Translations under genes and position numbers: made by a program
Origin: a virus
Strand: one strand, 5' to 3'
Virus record (IMG/VR): IMGVR_UViG_3300035698_013740
Coordinates: 1-64,000 of that record
Length of the DNA: 64,000 nucleotides
Shown: positions 1 through 9,454 of the stretch, one piece after another
How the letters are laid out: each line of letters starts with the position of its first letter
Numbering within the stretch: the first letter of the stretch is position 1
Notes under the pieces: generated by a model
Told to the model about the DNA's origin: nothing
What the model saw: only the letters and a program-made list of their open reading frames with translations
The model's database searches: none

Positions 1-456
1 ACGGCTAAACAAGGATTACCTACAGATGTACACCTCAGTTCAGATGGAACTACTATGATTGTAGCTGGAACGTTTGGTGGTACTAGTAATAATTCACTAG
101 ATAGATATACATTATCACAGGCGTGGACGTTGGCTTCTGCAACTCACGACGAAGCGGGGTCATTATCGCACATGGCAAATCACTCTGGAGCTTCATATGG
201 TATTTGGGGGATTGACTTTAACACCGACGGAACGACATTAATCGTAGCTGGATATGGTCCGTACGATATGGTACAACAATATTCACTGTCATCTGCATAT
301 GATTTAACTACGTTGGATTATCAATATGCTAAAACAATAAATGTAATGGACGGTGGTGCAGGTACCCCAACGAACATACGATTTGGAAATAGTGGTGCTA
401 AAGTTTACATAAATTCATTTGATGATCAAGTCATGTACGAATATGACTTAACATAA
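1..456 (+). CDS. C-terminal part of a tail fibre/receptor-binding protein with beta-propeller-like repeats (gene starts upstream of window)
   Basis: Frame is open from base 1; repeated units 'YTLSQAWTLASA', 'GIDFNTDGTTLIV', 'QYSLSSAYDLTT'. Confidence 0.55.
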   Translation, partial: TAKQGLPTDVHLSSDGTTMIVAGTFGGTSNNSLDRYTLSQAWTLASATHDEAGSLSHMANHSGASYGIWGIDFNTDGTTLIVAGYGPYDMVQQYSLSSAYDLTTLDYQYAKTINVMDGGAGTPTNIRFGNSGAKVYINSFDDQVMYEYDLT

Positions 457-467
457 TATTTATAATC

Positions 468-1037
468 ATGTTAGTAAAAATAAATAACGATAATACAATT
501 GCACAATTTCCGTACTCTGAAAGAGAGTTACGTAGAGATAACCCATCAGTAAGTTTTCCACGACAGATTCCAATTGGAGTGTTGAATGATTTTAGCGCGT
601 TTATTGTCACGATTGATAATAAACCTGAAATTGATGTAGCCACTCATAGAATTGTGAGAAACCAATTTCCTACATTAATTTCTGGAAATTGGATATTAGG
701 TTGGACATCTATTGCATTAGAGTTAGATCAAATTGATTCTGTAATAAGTGGATTCAAACATAAAGTTACTAAAGAAGCAAATCGTCGTGTAGATTTAATT
801 GCAGGTAATTCAACAGATAAGCTCATGTCTATGATGATTGCAATTGATTTATTGGATATTAAAAACTCTAGAGCTTGGACTCCAGGTGAACGATCTTCTA
901 TGGTTCATCTACGCAATGTAAAAGCCGCAATACGTTCTATACGGATTGCATCGGCTACAATTAAGGTATCTATGGAATCTATGACAGGAGCTCAATTAGA
1001 ATCTGTTGATATTTCTAATCACCCAAATTGGCCATAA
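468..1037 (+). CDS. Putative tail fibre assembly/chaperone protein
   Basis: 'FPYS..ELRRDNPSVSFP' motif; position directly after fibre gene. Confidence 0.5.
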   Translation: MLVKINNDNTIAQFPYSERELRRDNPSVSFPRQIPIGVLNDFSAFIVTIDNKPEIDVATHRIVRNQFPTLISGNWILGWTSIALELDQIDSVISGFKHKVTKEANRRVDLIAGNSTDKLMSMMIAIDLLDIKNSRAWTPGERSSMVHLRNVKAAIRSIRIASATIKVSMESMTGAQLESVDISNHPNWP

Positions 1038-1047
1038 TTGAATACAC

Positions 1048-1410
1048 ATGGATACTCCAAATATTACGTATAGCGTCCGTAAAAAATCTTGGATTCTAAC
1101 TCAGGATTTTTACTTTGCAGATGGTTTATATCTCATTAGAGTTCCAAAGGAGTTTGAATTCAATTTGGCATCAGTACCTAGATTCCTATGGATCATTATA
1201 CCTCCATTTGAACTATCAATCCTGGCTCCTCTTATACACGATTACATTTACAGAACTGACGGCATAGTAGAAAATGTCAAATATACTAGACTAGAAACAG
1301 ATAAGCTTTTTAAAATTTTGATGAAACGCGAAGGAGTATCCAATTTTAAGGCAAATATATCATATTTAGCAGTGCGTGCACTTGGATGGATTCATTGGTA
1401 TTCAAAATAG
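1048..1410 (+). CDS. DUF1353-family protein
   Basis: 'VPKEFEFNLASVPRFLW...APLIHDYIY...TDKLF..LM...GV...YLAVR' pattern. Confidence 0.75.
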   Translation: MDTPNITYSVRKKSWILTQDFYFADGLYLIRVPKEFEFNLASVPRFLWIIIPPFELSILAPLIHDYIYRTDGIVENVKYTRLETDKLFKILMKREGVSNFKANISYLAVRALGWIHWYSK

Positions 1411-1491
1411 TAGAATATATATACTTATCTGTATGACGCTAGTATATACTAGCATGACTTTAAAACTTAATCCCTAAATAGAGGAAAACCC

Positions 1492-1830
1492 ATGTCTAAG
1501 ACAAAGAACAAAGACGGAGTATTGGATCTGTCACAGAACGTAGTAGAAGACGCAGTTGTAAATAACGGACAACTCACAGAAGATGAAATTGGTGCAGTTA
1601 GAAATATTAGAAATAGAAGCACTGAGATTACACTAAAATTAGGACAGCTTAGATTAGAACAAATTAGAGTTCAATCTAGACTAGCACAGGTAAATAACTC
1701 AGAAACAGAGTTGATAGAAGAATATGGTAGATTGGTTCAGCAAGAGCAAGATACATTCAGTTCCATAAGTGAAAAATATGGTCAAGGAGAGTTAAATCTA
1801 GAAACTGGAACGTTTACTCCTGCAGAATAA
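1492..1830 (+). CDS. Hypothetical coiled-coil protein
   Basis: ORF with GAGG RBS, heptad-rich, C-terminal 'KYGQGELNLETGTF'. Confidence 0.6.
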   Translation: MSKTKNKDGVLDLSQNVVEDAVVNNGQLTEDEIGAVRNIRNRSTEITLKLGQLRLEQIRVQSRLAQVNNSETELIEEYGRLVQQEQDTFSSISEKYGQGELNLETGTFTPAE

Positions 1831-1912
1831 TTTTTCAAAAAATAACGTTTCAACTTATTGAATTATACTTATAGAAGAATTGTAGCGATTTTTAAACAAT
1901 AGGAGAATTTAG

Positions 1913-4234
1913 ATGGCAGAAAAGATTGTCAGTCCAGGAGTATTCACACGAGAAAGAGATTTAACTTTCATACAGCAAGGTGTTGCCGAAATAGGTGCAG
2001 CTATTGTTGGTGTATATCCAAAAGGACCAGCATTTGTTCCTACTACGGTAGAAACGCAAGGAGATTTACAGGCTATGTTTGGAGTACCTGATGGCAAACA
2101 TTATGGTCAATATGTAGCAGAAGACTATTTACGACAAGGTGGAAAGGTAACAGTAGTTAGAGTCGGTGGTTTGGGTGGATATACTCAAACAGATGCACTA
2201 GCTCTTAAGGTAACATTAAGTGGTTCAGTTAGTACTGTAGCCATTTTGATGTCAACCTCACAGGATAGTGGATTAACTGGATTTACTACTTCAACATTCC
2301 TTCATGATACTTCGGCAGGATCTGCAAGTTACTCTAGCACAGAAACTGGAGTATTAAATTTATCTGGATCTGGAGTAACTGGAACAGATTATTCTGTATC
2401 GTTAGATCCTAAATCTCCAGATTATATTAAGAATGTTTTTGGTCAAAGTCCGCTGGGTCTTAAGGGAGGATACAATTACCTTATGTTTGATGAAAAATTA
2501 TCAAATTATACAGGATCTGCTGCACCTGGAATAACTGCATCTATATCTGTAATTTCTACTGTAGATTTTTCTTATGATATGTCAGTTGCAACTACTCCTT
2601 GGTTTCTATCACAGAAAATTTCAAGTGCTAGATACCAACTATTTAAATTCCATACATTGGGAAGTGGCACAAATGCAAATCGCCAAGTTAAAATTGCTAT
2701 AGATTCGGTTAGAGTTGCAGGTTCGGTTCTAAATTCAGATTACGGTACGTTTAATGTTACTGTTAGAGAGTATGGTGATACTGATGCACGACCTATTGTT
2801 TTAGAATCGTTCCAAGGCGTAAGTCTTAACAAAGAAGATACATCCAATTATATTGGCGCAGTTATTGGTGACAGAAATGTTACTGTAGATTCAAATGGTG
2901 ATTTATCTGAAACGGGCGATTGGGAAAATAGATCTAAATACATAAGAGTAGAAGTTAAGGGTGAAGGAACTTATCCTGTTACTGCTATTCCTGCTGGATT
3001 TGAAGCATTGGCACTACCTGTAAATGAGTCAACACTTCCAGTTGTAACATATACAACTGCATCTCTTACAGATCCATATACGAATTATAGCGGATTTGAT
3101 TTTAACAGATCAGATAATTTAAACTATGTAAATCCAACACCAGAAACTGCTGCATATGGAAATAACGTTTCATTCTCTCTAGACGAAACACTTGGAATAA
3201 GCGGATTAGGATTAGAACTCACAGGTTCTACACAAACTTCTGCTGATTTGAAGCAACGTAGATTTATAGTTGGATTTCAGGGTGGATTTGATGGATTGAG
3301 TCCATCAATTAGTGCATCTGTTGGTAGCAATATTTCAGCTGCAAATACATTTGGACTTGATTGTTCAACTTCAGCATCTAGTGGATCAGTTGCATACGCT
3401 AGGGCATTAAACGCAATTTCAAATCAAGATGAATTTGATATTAATTTACTAGTAACACCTGGAATTATAAGAAGCTTACATTCTTCTGTAACTACCAAGG
3501 CAATTGATGTTTGCGAAGATAGAGCAGATTGTTTCTATATTGCAGATTTAGTTGGATCTGACGCCACTGATGATGATGTGTTGGCTCAAGCAGAATTAGT
3601 TAATACTAGTTATGCTGCTACATATTACCCATGGGTGAAACTTAAAGATTCTAATACAAACCAATTAGTAACTGTACCTCCGTCGGTAGTAATGCCTGGA
3701 GTATATGCAGCTAACGATAGGTTAGGTGGTGAATGGTGGGCTCCAGCAGGATTCAATAGAGGTGGACTACCTGGAGTTGTATCTGCAGTTAAAAAGCTTA
3801 AACACACTTCTAGGGATGTTCTATACGAAGGAAAAGTTAATCCTATTGTGAGATTCCCAGGTAAGGGAGTAGTAGCATGGGGACAAAAAACTCTACAAAG
3901 TAAAGCATCGGCTCTAGATAGAATTAATGTTCGTAGATTGTTAATTGCACTTAAGAAATTTGTGGCATCGACATCTAAGTTCTTAGTATTCGAACAGAAC
4001 ACTACTGCTACTAGAAGAAGATTCCTAAGCACAGTTAATCCTTACTTGAATGAAATTCAGGCTCGTCAAGGACTAACAGCGTTTAGAATTGTTATGGATG
4101 AAAGTAATAATGGACCAGAGATTATTGATCGCAATATGCTTCAAGGTCAAGTATTTATTCAACCTACACGAACTGCAGAATTCTTAGTAATAGACTTTAA
4201 CGTATTACCGACGGGGGCCCAATTTGCCATATAA
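1913..4234 (+). CDS. Tail sheath protein (T4 gp18-like)
   Basis: N-terminal 'SPGVFTRERD', C-terminal 'WWAPAGFNRG...NPIV.FPGKG..AWGQKTL...DRINVRRL...FEQN...PTRTAEF'; AGGAG RBS. Confidence 0.97.
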   Translation: MAEKIVSPGVFTRERDLTFIQQGVAEIGAAIVGVYPKGPAFVPTTVETQGDLQAMFGVPDGKHYGQYVAEDYLRQGGKVTVVRVGGLGGYTQTDALALKVTLSGSVSTVAILMSTSQDSGLTGFTTSTFLHDTSAGSASYSSTETGVLNLSGSGVTGTDYSVSLDPKSPDYIKNVFGQSPLGLKGGYNYLMFDEKLSNYTGSAAPGITASISVISTVDFSYDMSVATTPWFLSQKISSARYQLFKFHTLGSGTNANRQVKIAIDSVRVAGSVLNSDYGTFNVTVREYGDTDARPIVLESFQGVSLNKEDTSNYIGAVIGDRNVTVDSNGDLSETGDWENRSKYIRVEVKGEGTYPVTAIPAGFEALALPVNESTLPVVTYTTASLTDPYTNYSGFDFNRSDNLNYVNPTPETAAYGNNVSFSLDETLGISGLGLELTGSTQTSADLKQRRFIVGFQGGFDGLSPSISASVGSNISAANTFGLDCSTSASSGSVAYARALNAISNQDEFDINLLVTPGIIRSLHSSVTTKAIDVCEDRADCFYIADLVGSDATDDDVLAQAELVNTSYAATYYPWVKLKDSNTNQLVTVPPSVVMPGVYAANDRLGGEWWAPAGFNRGGLPGVVSAVKKLKHTSRDVLYEGKVNPIVRFPGKGVVAWGQKTLQSKASALDRINVRRLLIALKKFVASTSKFLVFEQNTTATRRRFLSTVNPYLNEIQARQGLTAFRIVMDESNNGPEIIDRNMLQGQVFIQPTRTAEFLVIDFNVLPTGAQFAI

Positions 4235-4269
4235 TATGTAAGTTAAAATCAATTACAATAAAAAATAAG

Positions 4270-4318
4270 AAAATCTTATATCTATTAGTTGTTACACCAA
4301 TAAGTATAAGATTTTTTT
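4270..4318 (+). terminator. Stem-loop with T-tract after the sheath gene
   Basis: AAAATCTTATA...TATAAGATTTT inverted repeat running into TTTTTTT. Confidence 0.6.
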
Positions 4319-4426
4319 ATGCGCAAAACCAATTATAGTGATTTTGACAGAGAGAAGTTATTTAAGGAAAATGGATACGATGTTGAAATTGTTTGGGAAA
4401 ATAAAACTAAAACTAGTATATCTTAA
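4319..4426 (+). pseudogene. 35-codon remnant of a Vsr/DUF559-like homing endonuclease
   Basis: MRKTNYSDFDREKLFKENGYDVEIVWENKTKTSIS; 'GY.V..VWE' is the C-terminal motif of Vsr-like endonucleases. Confidence 0.5.
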
Positions 4427-4459
4427 TATTTATTAGTAATATACAAACACGAGATCATT

Positions 4460-4942
4460 ATGGCAAGAGAAGAATTAGTTTGGCGACCAGTGGAACCAAA
4501 AACACAAAACAGGTTCTGGTTTTATTTAGAACCAGGTGGCGTACCAAGTCATCTATGCGTGGCAACTAATAAGCCATCGTTTACTATGAGTCCAATTATA
4601 GTTGACCATTTAAATGTTCAACGTAAATTTAAGGGCAAAATGGAATGGCAAGATATAACTCTTACCTTAAACGACGTAATAGATCCAATTGCAGCAGCAT
4701 CGGTACATGATTGGGTATTGGCCCATCACGATCCTGTTACTGGTGTAGACGGTTATGCAGAAGATTACAAAAGGGAACTTCAATTGGACGCAATTGGACC
4801 AGATCTAGAACCCGTGGAAACATGGATTCTTAATGGTGCATTCATTATTGGAACTAACTATGGTGATTTAGATTTCGCAAGTAATGAAAAACTTACTATC
4901 GAATTGACTCTGGCATACGATTATGCAGAACTTCTATTTTAA
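4460..4942 (+). CDS. Tail tube protein (T4 gp19-like)
   Basis: 'EPKTQNRF', 'KGKMEWQDITLTL.D.I.P', 'ETWILNGAF', 'LTLAYDYA'; follows sheath. Confidence 0.93.
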   Translation: MAREELVWRPVEPKTQNRFWFYLEPGGVPSHLCVATNKPSFTMSPIIVDHLNVQRKFKGKMEWQDITLTLNDVIDPIAAASVHDWVLAHHDPVTGVDGYAEDYKRELQLDAIGPDLEPVETWILNGAFIIGTNYGDLDFASNEKLTIELTLAYDYAELLF

Positions 4943-4966
4943 CAAATAGACATTTAACAATAAAAA

Positions 4967-5764
4967 ATGGAAAAGGTTACAAGAGCGGGGGTTAAGACTC
5001 CTAAAGCAGAAAAGGCAACATACGCATTTCCAACTGAAGTAATTGATCTTCCTAGTTTAGGCAGATTATATCCAGAAGGCCATGCATTATCTAGTGGTAA
5101 TATTGAAATAAAATATATGACTGCTAGAGAGGAGGATATTCTTACTTCCCAAAATCTAATTAACAAAGGAATAGTTCTAGATAAGTTATTAGAATCTGTA
5201 ATCGTTACAGATGTAGATGTAGATGATTTAGTTGTAGGTGATAAAAACGCAATTTTACTTGCATCTAGAATATTGGCATACGGACCAGATTACGATTCTA
5301 GAATAACATGTCCTAGTTGCAACACAGTCAATGAAGTATCTGTAGACTTATCTGTATTAGAAAACAAAGATGTTGAGCTATTAGATGGGAACGGAAATTC
5401 ATTTGGGTTTAAACTTCCACAATCTGGAGTAGAAATTACTTTTAAAATTCTAACTCATGGTGATATTCGAAAGATTCAAAACGAAATTGACACATGGGAA
5501 AAACTAGGTAATGAAGTCAGAGCAGAAATGAGTATTAGATATAAATTCATGATTACATCTGTTGGTGGAAATACTAGTAAAGCATACATTAAGGAATTTG
5601 TTAGAAATGGATTTACTATGCAAGATTCTTCTGCGTTAAAGGAGCACATATTTGATATGTCTCCAGGAATAGATCAAACATTTGATTTTGGTTGTCAGAG
5701 GTGCGACTACACTGAAAGGCTTAAAATACCTTTCGGTATAGACTTTTTTTGGCCTTCCATCTAA
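4967..5764 (+). CDS. Tail/baseplate-hub assembly chaperone (T4 gp26-like)
   Basis: 'LPSLG..YP', 'KYMTAREEDIL', two CxxC pairs, C-terminal 'FFWP'; lies between tube and tape measure genes. Confidence 0.85.
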   Translation: MEKVTRAGVKTPKAEKATYAFPTEVIDLPSLGRLYPEGHALSSGNIEIKYMTAREEDILTSQNLINKGIVLDKLLESVIVTDVDVDDLVVGDKNAILLASRILAYGPDYDSRITCPSCNTVNEVSVDLSVLENKDVELLDGNGNSFGFKLPQSGVEITFKILTHGDIRKIQNEIDTWEKLGNEVRAEMSIRYKFMITSVGGNTSKAYIKEFVRNGFTMQDSSALKEHIFDMSPGIDQTFDFGCQRCDYTERLKIPFGIDFFWPSI

Positions 5765-5963
5765 CTATAAATCCATTCTACTAAGTCACATTTGGGAGTT
5801 GACTTATTACGGTAACGGATTCACACATTCAGATGTATGGAGTTTACCAGTTAGATATAGAATATTTTATCACGGAAAATTGATAGAAGCAAAAGAAAAA
5901 GAAAAACCCACACAATCTGCACCAACATCAACTACAAACACTAATATAAGTCCAGGAAGATAA
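5742..5963 (+). CDS. ATG-less reading frame, probable frameshift extension of the chaperone (gp51-like / G-T type)
   Basis: Frame opens after TAG 5739-5741 on the T7 run; encodes FFGLPSNYKSILLSHIWELTYYGNGFTHSDVWSLPVRYRIFYHGKLIE...; ends TAA just before a terminator. Confidence 0.7.
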   Translation, partial: TFFGLPSNYKSILLSHIWELTYYGNGFTHSDVWSLPVRYRIFYHGKLIEAKEKEKPTQSAPTSTTNTNISPGR

Positions 5964-5980
5964 TTTCTCTGGACTTTTTT
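5949..5980 (+). terminator. Rho-independent terminator
   Basis: AGTCCAG...CTGGACT stem followed by T run. Confidence 0.7.
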
Positions 5981-6018
5981 AGTTTCTAGATATTTATCCA
6001 CAAGTAACTGAGTCAAAA

Positions 6019-6261
6019 ATGGAATTTATAACTGAAAATTTTCTTAAGCAATTAATAACGATACTAAAGCCGTTAGATAAATCTGGGCTTAGTGTCAGGC
6101 AAATTATAAAGAAAATCAACGCAGATCCTGATATGAAGGCCCACTTTAAGAAAATGGGCAAAGATGCTGCAATAATTAAAAAGGCTGCAGCAAAACGCAG
6201 AAAGGAAGATCCAACATTTGATGCAATTCATGGAATGTTAGACAAATACTTAGACGCTTAA
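6019..6261 (+). CDS. Hypothetical protein
   Basis: 80-aa ORF downstream of TATTTAT motif. Confidence 0.55.
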   Translation: MEFITENFLKQLITILKPLDKSGLSVRQIIKKINADPDMKAHFKKMGKDAAIIKKAAAKRRKEDPTFDAIHGMLDKYLDA

Positions 6262-6271
6262 TTTGTAAGAT

Positions 6272-8380
6272 ATGGCAAAAAGAAAAAAACCTGTTGGAAG
6301 AACACCTCGCTATAAGGATATTGAATCATTTATAGATCCTAGAAATCTTGGAGATTTTGATAAGTTTATAGATAAGATTGGTGAATTTGAAGATGCTCTA
6401 GATGGGGCAGCTCGTAAAAGTGTAGACATGAAGAAGCATGTTTCAGAGGCAGCTAGTGAGTATAAGGATTCATTGGATAGCTTGGGTTCTTTGGGTAAAA
6501 AGATTGTTAAATTGTTTAGTGTTCAGTCTGATATGGCAGATGATCTGACAAACAGAATTAATGGATTTTCTAAAGCGTCGTTTGATTCAATTAACCCTGC
6601 AGTAAAAAATGACATATTAGATAGAATTAAGGCAATTAAGGGACTTACTGACGGTGTAGAAGCGTTTGGATTGAAGAGCACAATGGGACTTGGATTCTTA
6701 CGGGATTATACAGGACAAATTGGTGGAGATATTGCAAATTGGGTAACCAATGGTGGAGAGTTCATTGGGAAACTTAAAAAAATGGGTTTAATTATGGCAC
6801 CAATTGCACTATTTGCAGGTGCAATTGTTGGTGCATTTAAAATAGTTACAGGAATTTTTACTAAAGCGTTAGACAGATTATTAGAAATAGAAGACGCATC
6901 AATTTCAATTAGAAAGGAATTTGGACTCTCAGCAAACGCTGCTAAGGAATTTACAGGATACATTAATGCAAATAGAGAAAAGTTTTTAGCATTGGGAATA
7001 AGTTCCGAAGTTCTAGCAGGAAATATAAATGAAGCTCAAAAGGAATTTGGATTTATTAGAGATATAACTTCTACTGAATTGAGTCTAATCAACCAATTGA
7101 ACGCAAGATTGGGGATAACTGCATCCACAACTGCTGGAGTTCTTAAGTTGTTTAACCTTATAGGAAAGGAAACAAGACAATCTGACGCTAATATGTTGCT
7201 CTCTACACTAGCGTTATCAGAGGCAGGAAGGGTTGCAAACGCTGAGGTATTTGAGGACATAAAAGATAATAGTGAGCAAATTCTGCTATTCTTTAGAGGT
7301 ACAGATGCAGAATTATCTCAAGCTGTAATCAAGGCAAGACAATTAGGATTATCTATTTCCAGTGTGACCGGGTTTGCATCACAATTACTAGATTTTGAAA
7401 GTTCTATTGCTAGTGAATTGAACGCATCTGTTCTATTGGGTCGTCAAATTAATTTGGATGTTGCTAGGCGATTAGCATTTGAAGGAGATCTTGTTGGTCT
7501 TCAGGAAGAAATGCTAAGAATTACTAAAAGCGCTGGTGATTTTGATAAAATGAATATGTTCCAAAAGAAGGCAATTTCAGATGCATTAGGATTGTCTGTT
7601 ATGGAAATGAGAAATATGTTAGTATTGGAGGAGAAATTATCCAAACTGACCGATGGTGATAAAGCAAAATTTGCTCAATTATCTAAGGCTCAAAAGGCAG
7701 AATTAGAGGGACAACAAAAAATAACATCATTAGATATTGACAGAGTTAAAAACATAGGTGACATGCAAAACACTATGGATAGACTTAAAAATTCGTTTGG
7801 TGCAATAATTGGAAATATCGTAAAGACTGCACAACCTGCAATTGCTACGGTTTTAAAACATGTTCAACAACTGACTTCTGCATGGGGAGATGCGTTTAAT
7901 GATCCCGATACACGAAGGGGATTAGTTGAATCATTTCAGAAAATATCATATTCAGTAACTCAATTATTAGATAAATTGTTTAAGCCTGAAAATTTGCAAA
8001 AAATTGCATCTGTAGTAGAAACTATAATTGCAGGAGCTATAGGAGTTGTAGATTGGGTAATGAATATGTTCGGTGGTGGGAGATCTAATTCTAGTGTTTC
8101 TAGCATGATTAAGTCTTCACAGACCCCTAGTGTTTCTAGCATGACTAAGTCTTCACAGACCCCTAGTGTTAAATCTACTGCAAACGCAAATATATTATCT
8201 AAGACAGGAATGCCTACTCAAATAACTAGCCAAACTGCATCATTAGATAATGCATCTAGGGACGCAAATACCAAAGCAATAAACGAATTAGTGGCTATGT
8301 TAGGTAAACCGCTGGGTGTCAATATAGATGGAAGAAAAATGAATTCACATATGGCAGGTATGGGAGAATTCGCATCATAA
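6272..8380 (+). CDS. Tape measure protein
   Basis: Long helical Ala/Leu/Lys-rich protein, 'LLDFESSIASELNASVLLGRQINLDVAR', C-terminal 'VNIDGRK'; after chaperone. Confidence 0.85.
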   Translation: MAKRKKPVGRTPRYKDIESFIDPRNLGDFDKFIDKIGEFEDALDGAARKSVDMKKHVSEAASEYKDSLDSLGSLGKKIVKLFSVQSDMADDLTNRINGFSKASFDSINPAVKNDILDRIKAIKGLTDGVEAFGLKSTMGLGFLRDYTGQIGGDIANWVTNGGEFIGKLKKMGLIMAPIALFAGAIVGAFKIVTGIFTKALDRLLEIEDASISIRKEFGLSANAAKEFTGYINANREKFLALGISSEVLAGNINEAQKEFGFIRDITSTELSLINQLNARLGITASTTAGVLKLFNLIGKETRQSDANMLLSTLALSEAGRVANAEVFEDIKDNSEQILLFFRGTDAELSQAVIKARQLGLSISSVTGFASQLLDFESSIASELNASVLLGRQINLDVARRLAFEGDLVGLQEEMLRITKSAGDFDKMNMFQKKAISDALGLSVMEMRNMLVLEEKLSKLTDGDKAKFAQLSKAQKAELEGQQKITSLDIDRVKNIGDMQNTMDRLKNSFGAIIGNIVKTAQPAIATVLKHVQQLTSAWGDAFNDPDTRRGLVESFQKISYSVTQLLDKLFKPENLQKIASVVETIIAGAIGVVDWVMNMFGGGRSNSSVSSMIKSSQTPSVSSMTKSSQTPSVKSTANANILSKTGMPTQITSQTASLDNASRDANTKAINELVAMLGKPLGVNIDGRKMNSHMAGMGEFAS
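8091..8170 (+). repeat. 36-bp tandem duplication (2.2 copies) in the tape measure gene
   Basis: CTAGTGTTTCTAGCATGA(T/C)TAAGTCTTCACAGACCC x2 with one mismatch. Confidence 0.9.
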
Positions 8381-8390
8381 CGAGAACATT

Positions 8391-9149
8391 TTGCCACAAT
8401 CAATAATTCCAACGCAAATACCTAGAAAGGATAAAAAGTCAATAGATGGTTTAACCAAATTGAATCCTAGAGGAACTACGCAATTACCTACTACTCCATT
8501 AGATCCATTAAATCCAAGATCTAGGACAGTATCTGTTGCACTTCCAGGTCCAGCATCTGATCCAATAAACGATTCAGTATTTACAGACGATCCGTTATCT
8601 ATTTCAATAGATGACACTGTTAATTTCAAAATCAAAGACGTCATAAATAATAAAACAATTCAGTTTAGATGTACTGTATCTAATTTGACTGAATCTGGAC
8701 AACCTTCTTGGAATCAAATAGATTATATTGGAAGGCCATATCCTGTATATGTTTATAAAGGAGTCACTAGATCAGTGACATTTGATTTTAAGGCGTATGC
8801 TAGTAATGAACGAGAGGTGCCAATAATATGGAGTAAAATAAATTACCTAGCAGGATTAATTCATCCAGCAGGATATACACAGGGTGGATTTATGATTCCA
8901 CCGTATATTGAATTTACAATAGGTGATTTATTTAAAAAGCAAATTGGATTCATATCTAGTTATAATAACTCAATTGCACCTGAAGTTCCTTGGGAAGTCA
9001 GATCGGACAGGTTGAAGCTTCCACAAATGGCAGATATAAATTTGACAATAAATATAATTGAAAACGAATTAAAGAGTCCATACGGTCCTAATCATAAATT
9101 ATATGGTTTTGATCCTACGTACGCAATACCTAATCCGGGCACCAAATAA
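8391..9149 (+). CDS. Baseplate/tail-tube initiator-like protein
   Basis: 'W....YIGR..PVYVYKGVTRSVTFDF','PPYIEFTIGDL'; TTG start; between tape measure and LysM genes. Confidence 0.7.
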   Translation: MPQSIIPTQIPRKDKKSIDGLTKLNPRGTTQLPTTPLDPLNPRSRTVSVALPGPASDPINDSVFTDDPLSISIDDTVNFKIKDVINNKTIQFRCTVSNLTESGQPSWNQIDYIGRPYPVYVYKGVTRSVTFDFKAYASNEREVPIIWSKINYLAGLIHPAGYTQGGFMIPPYIEFTIGDLFKKQIGFISSYNNSIAPEVPWEVRSDRLKLPQMADINLTINIIENELKSPYGPNHKLYGFDPTYAIPNPGTK

Positions 9150-9151
9150 TT

Positions 9152-9454
9152 ATGGCACGATATTCAACACAACCTATTAAGAAAACCATCAATGGAAAGA
9201 GAACTCTAACTACTACTAGATATCCAAAAATTCCAAATAGAATTTCTGACGTATATGTAGTAGCAACAGACGGCGATCGTTTAGATATTCTAGCTCACCA
9301 GTTTTACGGAAGAGTAGATTATTGGTGGATTATTGCTTCTGCAAACAATGTAGGTAAGGCATCATTACACATAACAGAAGGGCTTCAACTTAGAATTCCA
9401 AAGGAAACTGACGCAATTATTCAAGAATTTAATCGGTTAAACAATGTCACTTAA
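9152..9454 (+). CDS. LysM-like baseplate wedge protein (gp53/gpX-like)
   Basis: 'GDRLDILAHQFYG...YWWIIASAN...G.QLRIP'. Confidence 0.85.
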   Translation: MARYSTQPIKKTINGKRTLTTTRYPKIPNRISDVYVVATDGDRLDILAHQFYGRVDYWWIIASANNVGKASLHITEGLQLRIPKETDAIIQEFNRLNNVT

